From: Lytechinus pictus
Taxonomy: Eukaryota
DNA: 64,000 nucleotides
Reading direction: 5' to 3'
Assembly: GCF_037042905.1 (NCBI RefSeq)
Contig: NC_087250.1
Span: 5,396,001-5,460,000, forward strand
The translations under genes were made by a program, and so were the position numbers. The notes below the pieces were generated by a model. It worked only from the letters and a program-made list of their open reading frames with translations. It was not told where the DNA came from and ran no database searches. Positions 50,327 to 62,800 of this stretch are shown piece by piece. The stretch's first letter is position 1. Every line of letters begins with the position of its first letter.

Positions 50327-51238
50327 CAAGTGGAATGCCTCTGGCGGTCTCACCTGCATCACGCGATTCAATATAGCAGCAGTGCTGATTTTGAAAACTA
50401 CTATAACTCGCACAAGATGTTCAGTGATACTTGGTTACTCTTATTTAAACATTTTATGAACTAGACCAATACAATTACAGAGATATGATGGTAATTCAAC
50501 AAATACCCCCAACGTGGCCAAAGTTCATTGACCTTACATGACCTTTGATCTTGATCATGTGATCTGAAACTCGCACAGGATGTTCAGTGATACTTGATTA
50601 CTCTTATTTCCAAGTTTCACGAGTCAGATCCATAAACTTTCAAAGTTATGATGGTAATTCAACAGATACCCCCATTATGGCCATAGTTTATTGACCTTTG
50701 ACCTTGGTCATGTGACCTAAAATGCGCACAGAATGTTCAATGATACTTGATTACTCTTATGTCCACGTTTTATGAACTAGACCAACACATTGTCAAAGTT
50801 ATGATGGTAATTCAACAAATACCCCAATTTGGCCAAAGTTCATTGACCCTAAATGACCTTTGACCTTGATCATGTGACCTGAAACTTGCACAGAATGTTT
50901 AGTAGTACTTGATTACTATTATGTCCAAGTTTCATGAATCAGATCTATAAACTTTTAAAGTTATTATGGTTATTCAACAGATACCCCAATACGGCCAAAG
51001 TTCATTGACCCTAAATGACCTTTGACCTTGGCCATGTGACGTGAATCTCATGCAAGATGTTCAGTGATACTTGATTAACCTTATGGCCAAGTTTCATGAA
51101 CTAGGTTTATATACTTTCTAAGTTATGCTGTCATTTCTAAAACTTAACCTCAGGTTAAGATTTGGTGTTGACGCCGCCGCGCCGCCGCCGTCGGAAAAGC
51201 GGCGCCTATAGTCTCACTCTGCTATACAGGTGAGACAA
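50327..51238 (-). mobile_element. Complete Helentron/DINE-1-like non-autonomous rolling-circle element
   Basis: Minus strand: T-run, GTCTCACCTG sub-TIR, (GGC)n, ~150-bp TGACC tandem units, CAGGTGAGAC, then CTTGT + T-run. Inserted in an A-run of the integrase frame (EK|MIE). Confidence 0.8.
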
Positions 51239-51805
51239 AAATGATAGAAATGGCCCACGACCAATGGAGCCACCAAGGCATCAAGAGAACATTAGCGATC
51301 CTGCGGGAAAGGTGTTTTGGCCGTGTAATGATGTGAATGCACACACCCGGAAGTATTTTGTCTGTGTTCCATCCAAGACTCCAACGCCAGCTATACGGAC
51401 CCCAAGACGAAATATGTTGGCATTCAGACCCATTGAGTTGATCGCGATAGACTTCCTCAAGCTAGACAAGGGCCAAGGTGGATATGAGGATGTCTTGGTA
51501 ATCACAGATGCCTTCACCAAATTCGCTCAAGCCATTCCTTGCAAGAACCAAACCACCGCGGTAGTAGCAGGTGCTTTGATTGATGGCTGGATCGTTCACT
51601 ACGGTGCTCCACATCGAATTCATATAGATCAGGGTCGAAATTTCGAAAGTTTGTTGGTACCAGAATTATTCAAGCTACATGGCATTGAAAAAACACACAC
51701 CACACCTTACTATCCCCAAGGAAACGGGCAGACAGAGATTTAACCGAACCTTGTGTTGTATGATTCGCTCCCTTGATCCTGACCGTCGGAAGAAGTGGCC
51801 CGGGC

Positions 51806-54610
51806 GCGTATTTTTTTTTACACCAGTGCTCCGCCAAAATATTGAAAAACTTCACATAAACGACTTGCGCTAGAGTCTAACACGTTGACCACACACGTTT
51901 CGTCGTGCACATCTTGATTTCGTTCAATAGTCATACAAAACAAACATTATGATTTCAATATAGATATATAGCTTTTTAAAAGCGTTTAGTTTGTAGGGAC
52001 ATAATCCGCTTGCATTTCATATTAATTCTACACCGTATGAGCATTTTGTTCGCAGTTATTGCACCTCCAGACATTCAGATGCATGAAACAAAGAACTAGC
52101 GAGGGTTCTTAACTGCAGATAGACTAGATTTCTTTTCTTCGTCGACTTAATTTTTCACCTCTCTGATCTTCAGTACTCGCCCCCTCTCTCCAGCATTCCC
52201 CGTTCTGTATTTGGGCGACAGTGGTCTCTGCATTGCCCTCTTGCTTTTTGCCCAATACAAAAGACCTTTATTTTGTTGGCATTGAATTGGGCACAATAAT
52301 TTTGTCGATGAATTTTGTCTGTATTTATTGATATGCACACCTTGGTACTTTTGATTTTCTCTAGTTATTCACAAAGCACATATGGACTGCTTCTGCAGTG
52401 ATATGCGCTCTCGAAAGATGATTTTATATTATTGATATTATGATCATTATAATTATTAATATTATTAATATCATTATTATTATCATTATTATTATCATTA
52501 TTATTATCATTATTATTATCATTTTTATTTGGAAGATCTCTCTACCTCTCTATTAATTATTTCTGTCTTTCTCAATTTTCTTTTTAAGGAAAGTCTACCT
52601 CAAAATACGTTTTTTTCAACAGGACAAGAAAAATCAGATTGACAGAAAAGGCTAAAAAGTTTGAGGGAAATCGGACAACTAATAAGAATGATATGGATTT
52701 TTAATGAAATATATATCACTAGGCGATTGCCAACTTGTTGACATCATAGGTGCACGACTAGTTCATTACTACAAATTTTTTTTCCGAAATTCTGATTTCC
52801 TCAAAACTTTTTCTAGGATATCTAGATGATAGATATGTTTTTCACGTTTCAATTATTTTTTCAATTCTTTTATTTCATTTCCATTCAAAACATAATACAA
52901 AGTAATATAAAGTAATACAAATCAAGTACAATTTTACAGAAGGGCATTCTTACTTCGTAAAAAACACACAAAAAAAAAAACAGTATAATATAGAGCATAA
53001 ATGGAAATGAGGGGGATCCACTAAAAAGCAAAGCTTGTAAATTGTGAATCCCCCTTGGAAAGGAAGTATAGTAGACTTATTCTCATATGCGTACATATAT
53101 GTATTACAGGAAAGAAAAAGAGAACAAAAGAAATCATACGGATGCAAATATAATTGCTGAACAAATGCAAAGCTTTTCACACATTACATACTTTATAGTT
53201 CTATTTAACAACCTTGAAAATATGAAATTATGATTCAATATTTATAATAATTGAGTGATTAAAGGTATAAAAATATAGTCAAGCTCAATTTTATTGAGTT
53301 CATTATATTTTAAGAATGCCTACATAACAATGAAATGTAAACTTGATTCGATTTATAAAAAAATCATGTGATTGGCCAAATAATGATTTTTTGCAGTATA
53401 AATACATTTGTAAACAAAATGAATGGTTAGTGGTGCATCCATGACTTCATGAAATCGGCAATTTGTCTTGTGATTTCCCCATATTTTATGTGACTAAAAT
53501 TTCATGAATTATTTAGTTGTCCAATATGAACGTTTTAGTTTGTTCATCTGATTTGTCTACTTGAGTAGACTCTTCTTTTATTACCCCCTCCCCCTCCTCT
53601 TGCTTAGGGCCCATTTCTTTTGATTTTTTTCTTCACAATATAATTTTTTTTCCAAATCAATCTCCTTGTATCTCATCTCACTCTTTATCTCTATTCCTTC
53701 GCACTCCCCACCCCTATAGCTTCTCTTCTCTTTTCGGGTCCTTTTCATCTTTCTCAGATCACAACTACTACTGAACTTTGTCCAAGAGGTGCACTACGTA
53801 CAAATTGCTGCAAATGTATACTTTGTACGTGATTCTAAAAAGTATTTCAGGTTGGGAAAACCTCAGAACAAGTCAATACTAGAAGGCCTATATCAGTGGC
53901 GTACCGTTTTTTTTCACAGGGGGGGGGGGGCAAATTTGTCAGCCCTTAAATTTGACAGGCAAAAAAATAAAAAAATAAAAAGGTCTTCAACCACAAATAT
54001 AGGATTTCGTACCAGAAAAATAAATTTACAAGCCACAAAAAAAAAGGTCTTCAACCAACGAATATAGGATTTCGTACCAGAAAAAAAATTGACAAGCAAA
54101 AAAAGGGCTTCAAGCCCGTCAGGGGGGGGGGGGGGGGCAGGGATACGTCCCTTGCATGGGTTGTGACTCGTCAGGGGAGGGGGGGCAGACTGCCCCCTGC
54201 TCCCCCCCCCCCCGTGGGGACGCTAGTGAGGCCTATATACTGTAGGAAAAATATTATAAAGTGCCCTCACACTTTCTTTCAGCAAATTCAATTCGCCACT
54301 AGACTTTAAATAAACAATATCTTTTACATATTCATATTCAATACAAAAACAGCTTAGTTACAAACTAAAATGGTTTTTAGAACCCTTTTCCGTAATATCA
54401 ACTATAACCCTAAGAAAATAATGTGGTAACGGGGTGATTTCAGGTGGTTTTGGATAATTCATTCAACTTCATACACCGGGTTCATACACATTTCACGCGG
54501 GAATTCCGAGACCTTTGCTTTCAAGAGCGCACAGATTAGACTTGCCCGCGAGCCGTTTCTTTCGTATTTCTGGGAATTTTGGCGGAGCAGTAGTGTAAAA
54601 AAAAAAAAGC
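51806..54610. mobile_element. Non-autonomous MULE-like element (2.8 kb) in the integrase
   Basis: TIR (T)nACAC.A.TGCTCCGCCAAAA / TTTTGGCGGAGCA.TAGTGT(A)n, G...C termini, exact 9-bp TSD GGCCCGGGC. Confidence 0.8.
53894..54228. mobile_element. hAT-like MITE nested in the MULE-like element
   Basis: CAGTGGCGTACC...GACGCTAGTG with flanking duplication aggcctatat. Confidence 0.8.
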
Positions 54611-55302
54611 GGCCCGGGCTTTAATAGTTGGTATTTTTTTACAATTGTACTCCACATGGGACAACTGAATTGTCACCATTGTCACCATACCAACTTCCGT
54701 ATTTGACCAATTCATAGGGAATGGGCATGCAGATTGTGATGAAGACTTTGTGTCAGAACACTCTAAATCACTCCAACAGGCCCACATTGCTGCGCAGCAG
54801 AAAATGTAAATGATACAGAATAGTGAGAAGAGGAGGCATGGCGCCCTCCCGGTAAATTCACCCCTGAGCATTGGCGTAAGGGTACGACTGAAGAAATGCG
54901 CATTTGATGGACGTCATGAACTTGAAGACAAGGTTTTGAGGGATCCTTTCATTTTGACGGCAGTGAGCGAGAAGGGTGACGTGTATAAAATCCGATCCAC
55001 GATTGGAGGACCAACAAAGGTAGTCAACAGGAGATTGTTGATTCCTGACCCGCTGGATGAAATATCAATCCCTACTCCATAGGATAAGCCAGATGACAGA
55101 GTGAAGTCACAACCACTGCCAACTTTAGAAAATACAACCCCCCCCCCCCCTTCACCTTCTTGTGGGAACCCTCAGAGCCTAATAGGCTTACAACTGGTGA
55201 AGAGAGACCGATCACCCTTAATCAAAATTGCTCTTGCGGAGAGAATGAGTCCACTGGTGGAAATATTCCAAGTAAAGAATCTAATGTGACTGTGGATGCC
55301 AC

Positions 55303-56460
55303 CCCAGGTAACAATACAGCGTTGGACCAACGTTGGATCAACGTTGGGATTTTTTTCCCAACGTTGCCTCAACGTTGGCAGGCAAACGTTGCATCATCGA
55401 TAGAAGTGCACGCGCATACATCGTCAGACCAACAACATTTCCAACGTCAGTTCAACGTTGTCCAGCAACAATGTTCCAACGTTGTCTGGCAACGTTGATC
55501 CAATGTTGGCTAAATAGTCAAATACAACATTGCTACAACGTTGGTAAGCAACGTTGCATCATCGATAGAAGTGCACGTCCATACATCGTCAGACCAACAA
55601 CATTTCCAACGTCAGTTCAACGTTGTCCACCATCAATGCTCCAACGTTGGTATAATGTCGGCTGAGTCATCAATTACAGCGTTGCTGCAACGTTGATGGG
55701 CAACGTTGAAGCAGCGATGGACGTCCACGTGCATACATCGTCAGTCCAACTATGTTTACAACGTTGGTTCAACGCTGTCCAGCAACAATGCTCCAACGTT
55801 GTCTGGCAACATTGCTCCAACATTGTTACAACGTTATCACAACGTTGCTCCAACATTGCTCCAACGTTATTCCAACGTATGGCAGTAATTAACAAAACAT
55901 TAATTGGTTTCAAGGTGAAGTCCACCATTACAACTCTACACACTAATCTTTAACATCATGTCTTATCATATCCTAAAATCCTACATCCTAATCCTATTCC
56001 TATCATCCTACACCTATCCACTGAATCCTGTCATTGACTCCTATATATAGAGCAACTTTGCTATACTTGGCAGAATACAGTTAATATCATTTTCCACACT
56101 TAACCTTGAAAATTTAACTTAGAATAATATGTTTTGATTATAAATGATATGGTAATGGAGCCACATACTTTTCTGAAACTTTTCATGGTGGAAATATTGA
56201 ATAAACATAAATACTTTAATTATTATAGCAATATTACCTAAAATTTTTGTCATTTACTGATGTAATGAATATTCATGAGTGCATAATCATTGTCCAGATG
56301 AGGCAGGTATGGCAGCGTTGGTCCAATGTTGGTCCAACGTTGGGTGACGTTGATCCAACGTTGGTCTATTATGTTGGTCCAATGTTGGCGTAAACGTTGA
56401 TTCAATGTTTGTCTAATATCGGTTAAATGTTGTTGTAACTTTGATTCTTTGTTGGTCTAA
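55303..56460. mobile_element. Non-autonomous CCCAG-started (EnSpm/CMC-like) element with CAACGTTG palindromic arrays
   Basis: CCCAGGTAACAA start. CAACGTTG arrays at 55320-55880 and 56310-56460. The core is the reverse complement of ~15090-15500. Right terminus not found. Confidence 0.7.
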
Positions 56461-57579
56461 TTTTAAACAAATCCAACGATGCGCCATCTCCATCAAACAG
56501 TTTTCAACACTGTGCCATCATCATCTGTAACCTGTTCATGATTCTGTCAAAAAACATTACAACTATTATTACAGCTATTCATTTCTTTTCATTCTTTCTT
56601 TTACAAGTCTCTTCACATAATTAAGAGGAATTAAGAAAATTATGTGTAATATTTATTGAGGCCTTTGTAGCATTCAAACTTTTTTGACATCCTCTTTTTC
56701 TCAAACAAGACTAATACAAAAAAACATATGCATATGTAATAAGAATTAAGATGTATTACATTTTCTTGCGAGTTGCAATCTATGTTTCTGTCTACAACTG
56801 TTTAATGACTCGGTATGCAATGTCAATTGCAACGTCAGTAATCATCACAAAAACTCACATGTGTAATTGCAGTCTCTCAGGAGGTCGCGTAACTTGGCCT
56901 CACTCAGAGTAACGTAGCTACTGCCTACTGTAACTAAAGAGCGCCTCTTTTTGATTAAGATAGAAGTCAACTGATATCTCAATATGCATGACCATGGCCT
57001 AGTCTCGCTCATGCCATAACTCTTAAATGATATTTCAGCGTCAAGTGTAAGCATGCCTCACTGCAGTTGGAAAACACTCGGTCCAGGCAGGACCGACCAG
57101 GTCAATTCAAGGCAGCGTATAATAAATAAGGCAGGAACGCCAGGTAGCAAGTCATTGGGTGATTTCAAGTACGGTGTACGGTGTTGAGAGCGTGAAAGGG
57201 CTGCTGAACTGAGCTCCAACACCAAGCGTAATATTATTTTTCATTGAAATGTATTAAAACTCTAATGATTTGCTCTCATCTTAAATGTAAAATATAATTT
57301 TATGGAGATGGTTCGTCGTGTTCGCACCCTGTTCGTGAGCTACAGTTCATCAACACCAACACTGAACTTTAAATCCCGATTCTCCCAATCCCTGGTGGTC
57401 GGTGTTGCTGAATGGGGAAATTGCTTGTAGATCATCAACACCATGCAGCCACAGTGCAGTATTGGGTTCAGCAGATGACAATCGACACCAGCCTTCAACA
57501 CAAACTGCCGGAAATACACCATATTTTCCGAGGTCAATCTCAACACCAGCCTGATTCAAGTACGGTGTTGTCACAACCC

Positions 57580-57685
57580 TAACCCAGGGAGCTCCGGTGC
57601 TCTCAGCAGGTCGGAGCCCAGGGGCTTACCGTGTAATTCACCATACCCACGGTAGTAGCGTGAAGTATGGTCTAATAAATAAATA
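57580..57685. mobile_element. Left TIR related to the 44404-45042 family; partner not seen
   Basis: taacccagg..gctccgg..ggtcg.agcccagg.gct.accgtg..t..catac.cacgg aligns with 44404-44500. Confidence 0.6.
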
Positions 57686-57903
57686 AAGAGCCAGTTCACC
57701 ATTTCCAAACAAAATACTTATGTCTTTATTATAACATTGAAGAGAAACCCCCGTTTCTTCCAATTCATCAATGTTGGGGTCTTTGGGAAGGGATTAAGAT
57801 GGAATGTCAAAAATTTGTTGAATGTAATCTCTAATAAAACCATTAAACCATCATTGGGTAAAAAAGATAATAATATTGGAGGGGTATTTGCCATATGGAC
57901 ATA

Positions 57904-58854
57904 CAGTGGCGTAACTACGGGGGACATGGGGGGCACATCCCCCCCCCCCCCATCGGCTGACCCCCCCCCAAAAAAAAACCAAAAAAAAAACAGGGAAAAT
58001 GGGAAAAGGAGAAAAGAGGGAGAAAGGAAGAGAAACGTAGTGGGAAAGAAGAAAATATTATTCATAAGAATGTTATATTATATTATAACTATGTAAAGTT
58101 ACATTACATAAGAAACATTTTTATCATAACTTTATGAAACATAATTTGCACAGGGCCTACGTCTTCATTGTTCCTGGTGCTCGCATTGTCTGTTTAACGA
58201 GATATATAATCCTGTTGTACTAAAAATCCCGTTTTCAAGTCAATATAAACCAAATATATTTCCTAGCACTTGAGTTATCATTTTTTTATGTAGTGATATA
58301 TGCTTCTTTTTCATGACTCAAAAGTGATTGCCCCATGTTAAGGTCTTCGTATATATGAAACATTTCCTCACTGTCCGTGATTACGTTCGCATTAGTGGAT
58401 TGGTGAGATATGTCTGCTCTTCATGAATTCCTAAAATCAGTCCTTAAAATGTCCCTTCTTCTGATCTGAATATCAAAAATTTTCAGCTCGCGCTTCGCGC
58501 TCGCATCATTTGGTTAATGAAATACGTACGGTCCTAGTTAATTCCTACAAAGAAACCTTAGAATGCCCCACTTCAGGTCTGAATTATCTAAGTTTTCAGC
58601 TCGCGCTTCGCGCTCGCATTGTTAAGCGTGACAGGTACCTATCATGATTATAGAAATTTTGTTATAATGTCCCTTTTTAGGTGTGAATATAAAACAATTT
58701 CAGCTCGCGCTTCGCGCACGCATTATTTGATCAGTGAGATACATATCCGTTTAATGACATTGTCCTTAAAATGTCTCTATTAGGTCACTCACTCAGTCAT
58801 TCAAACATTTTGCTGGTGCCCCCCCCCCAATGCCGTGACCCACGGTCGCCACTG
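57904..58854. mobile_element. hAT-like MITE
   Basis: CAGTGGCGTA...CGCCACTG with exact 8-bp TSD TGGACATA. Confidence 0.85.
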
Positions 58855-59234
58855 TGGACATATCAATGACAATTCCTTGCATATCTAAAAACATGATTGC
58901 AAAAAAATGCCAAAATATTTCAATCATCCCCCCCACCCATCAACACGGATTTACGCCAGTGGTACATGTAGCATTTGAATATAATTTCATTTCATTTTTA
59001 TTTAATTATTTAAATACGGTAGAGATAAGAAAAACAGACATGCGATCAGCTAAAAAGCTGTTTTTCAGCATGTCCCTATATACATGTAACATTCAACAAT
59101 AAATATAAATAAACAAACGAGAACACCATCAGTCGGCCCTCCGCAACCCACCGTTGCACTATAAAAGCAGAGAACGACAGATCTAGTGGACCGAATCTAA
59201 CATTCCCCGCTTCCACAGTGCAGAAGTGAGCAAA

Positions 59235-62200
59235 TAGACGGGTCAATATATGGTTTGACCCGGAGCAAATTGCAACAAATGATTTTTCAACGGTATTTTG
59301 TACTATTTGACCTCAGGAATAACATACTAAAAATCTACCAAAATCCGCATCCGAGAAAGTGGTTATTTTCAAGATGGCGTCCAAGATGGCCGTCATTCAC
59401 TAAAAATGGATATAACTCACTCATTATCCACCCTAGAATCCTATTTGGATTCATATTCCATGATCCAATGGGTAAAATAATTTATTTATACAAGTTAGAG
59501 TGAATATTAGCACTCCAGGGTACCAGGAAAATCCAAGATGGCGCCCAAAATGGTTGCCGTAGTCTAAAAAAATCCACAATTCATCTATTACTTACTTAAG
59601 TGTCTTTAATTTGGTTTCCATTCGATTGTTTTAATGATGAAGTAGTACGTCGGGACAAGTTACAAGGGCAGCCAGTGGTCTGGTGTGCCGGAAAATACAA
59701 GATGGCTTCCAAAAATTGAGTTTAAAATGGCTGTTAATCCTTAAAATGGACATAGCTCATATCACATCCACCTGAGAGATAAGATTTTGATGTCTAGACC
59801 ATGGTTCCAATGGTCAAATAATACATTGTGACAAGTTTCAAGGACAGTCAGTGGTCCGGTATGTTAAAAAATCCAAGATGGCTTCCAAAAATGGAGTAAA
59901 AAGGGCTGTTTCTACTTAAAAAAAACCCAACATAGTTTGTTAAATATCCGGGAATATGATTTTTTGTGCCTATACCATGGTTAAATGGGTCAAATAATAA
60001 ATTGGGATAGGTTACAAGGACGTTTGGTGGTCAAGTATGTCCAATAGTCCACGGTGGCTTAAAAAATAGTATCAATTAGCCGCTATGGTATTTAGAAATG
60101 GACATAGTTATCTTTTATTCGTCAAGGGCATATGATTTTGTTGCCTATATCATGGTTTCAAAAGGCAGAAAATTAGTTACAAGGACAGTCAGTGGTCCAG
60201 TATGTCGAAAATCTAAGAAAGCTTCCAAAAATCGGAGTCTAAAATGACTGCTGTTACTTTAAAAATGGACATAGGTCCTTTAAAATCAACCTAGGAGATA
60301 TGATTTCGGTGTCCACACTATGGTTTCATGATTAAAATAATACGTTTGGACTGGTTACATTGATATGCAGTTGTCCAGTTTGCCTAAAACACAAGAGGGT
60401 TTTTAAAAAAGGAATCTAAAACGACTCATATCATTCAATAGTGGTCAGAGTTCTACAATATTCATCTGCAAGAAATAATGTTGGTGTCCAAATTGTGGTA
60501 TGAAGGGTCAAATAATACATTCGGAAAAGTTACAAGGATGGTTAGTACCCCATTTTGTCAAAGAATCCATGATGGATTCTAAAATTTCATCAAAATGGGT
60601 GCTGTTACCAACTCATGAAACAATATGATAACTTGTCCCCATGCATTTAAGTGTAGGCCCCATGATTATTTCTAACAGGTAGATATTATTCTTATGTAAC
60701 GGTAGTCACTTTAGAACCCATTCTTAAGCCAACTTGGATTTCAAGGCAAAATGGATTGCTGCATATCATGGTAACCAGTCCCAAAGTATTGTTTGGCCCT
60801 TGAAACCCTAGTGTAGACACCAAAATAATATCCCCAAGGTGTATTGATAATGTTCTACATCCACTTTTAAGTAACAGCAGTCTTTAAGACCCCCCTTTTT
60901 AAAGCCATCTTTGATTTTTAGACATACCTGACACCTGACTGTCCTTTGAACTTATCCCAATGTATTGCTTGACCCTGTAAACTCTACTATAGACAGCAAA
61001 ATCATACCTCCAAGGTGTATTTATAATAAACTATGCATACTTTTAAACAGCAACAGTCAATTTACACCCCATTTTTTGAAGTAATCTTGGATTTGTTAAC
61101 ATACAGACAACTGACTGGTCTTGTAACTTACCCTAGTGTATTACTTGACCCTTTTAAACCATGCTTTTAACACCAAACTCATATTCCCCAGACAGATGTT
61201 AAACAAACTATGTCCTTATGTAAGTAACATCAGACATTTTCTTACTCCATTTTTGGAAGCCATCTTGTAATTTTGGACATACTAAGCCACTGACTGCCAT
61301 TGTCTTGTCCTAATTTATTATTTGACCCTTGAAACCATAGTTTAGACACCGAAATCATAACTCACAGGCTGATTTAAAACGAGCTATGCCACTTTTAAGT
61401 ATCAACCGCCATTTTAGAATCAAGTTTTGGAAGCCAACTTAGGTTTTTTGACCGACCAGGCCACTGACTGTCCTTGTAACTTGCCCTAATGTATTAATTG
61501 ATCCTTGAAACTAGTGGTTTAGACACCAAAATCACCTTTCCAGGCCGATATGAAATGAGCTTTGTCCGTTTTAAGTATCAGCAGCATATTTTTAAGACCA
61601 ATTTTTGGACACCATCTTCGATTTTTGGACATACCAGACCATTGACTGTCCTTGTAACTTATCCTAATATATTTTTTTACCCTTGAAACCAGTGGTTTAG
61701 ACATCAAAATCACATATCCCAGTCCAAAATGAAATGAGCTATATCCGCTTTAAGTATAAGCAGCCATTTCAGAATCAATTTTTAGAATCCATCGAGGATT
61801 TTTGCACATACCAGCCCACTGACTTTCCTTGTAACTTGTCCCAATGTATTATTTGACCCATTGAACCATGGTATAGAAAAAAAAAATCATATTTCTGGAT
61901 ATAAAGCAAACTATGTCGGGTTTTTTAAGTAGCAACAGCAGTTTTCGACTCCATTTTTTGGAAGCCATCTTGGATTTTTGAACATACTGGACCACTGACT
62001 GTCCTTGTAACTTGTCCCAATGTCTTATTTGACCATTGAAATCGTGGTCTAGACACCAAAATCATTATGTCCCAGGCGGATATGAAATGAACTATGTCCA
62101 TTTTAATTATCAACAGCCATTTTAAACTCCGTTTTTGGAAGCAATCTTGGATTTTTGGACACACCAGACCACTGGCTGTCCTTGTAACTTGTTTCAATGT

Positions 62201-62595
62201 ATTATTTCACTCTTAAAACCATTGAATGAAAAACTAATTTAGATGAATTGTGGAGTTTCAGCCTACGGCAGCCATTTTGGGCGCCATCTTGGATTTGCCT
62301 GGTACACTGGAGGGCTTATAATTCTTTCTAGCCTAAATCAACTTTTGTACCCCAGACCATGGAATATAGAACGAAATAGGATTCTAGGGTGGATAATGTG
62401 TCAGTTGTATCAATTTTCAGTGAATGGCGGCTATCTTGGACGCCATCTTGAAAATAACCACTTTCCCGGATGCGGATTTTGGTAGATTTTTAGTATGTTA
62501 TTCCTGAGGTCAAATAGTACAAAATACCGTTGAAAAATCATTTGTTGCAATTTGTTCCGGGTAAGGCTATTTTTGGTCGTATATTGACCCGTCTA
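59235..62595. mobile_element. 3.4 kb fold-back non-autonomous Academ-type element
   Basis: TAGACGGGTCAATATA / TATATTGACCCGTCTA termini, AAA on both flanks (3-bp TSD), arms made of ~180-bp tandem units in opposite orientation. Confidence 0.82.
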
Positions 62596-62800
62596 AAAAG
62601 ACGGCGAGTGGTAGTATATAAAGCCCCTTTCACAATTGACGTACCGCCATTGTGGATTGCTGCCCTCTGTTGGGCAGGGTTGTATATGTTACACATGCGA
62701 TCGTTGTCATCGGCCCTTATCCGGCCAGCTCTGTGTAGAGGTACATTGTCATTAAAAATATAGACCATAAGATTATTGTGATTGACGTCTAATCATTTAA

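Larger units (their letters stand above)
47536..55300 (+). pseudogene. Fragmented Ty3/Gypsy LTR-retrotransposon pol (RT, RNase H, integrase) in four pieces: 47536-49080, 50252-50326, 51239-51805, 54611-55300
   Basis: SSYASLIVLVRKKSG, YLDDVLVFS, SFLGLASYYR, EIDAS..GAYL, LLALKWAV, GVLYR..QLVVP, AHDQWSHQG, IAIDF, IHIDQGRNFES, TTPYYPQGNGQTE, YNCTPH. Many stops and frameshifts. Confidence 0.93.

Noticed and set aside
56800..57575. Possible 3' LTR of the Gypsy element (ends TGTCACA, short internal repeats)
   Set aside because: No clear polypurine tract or 5' boundary, and no similarity to the LTR candidate at 26639.
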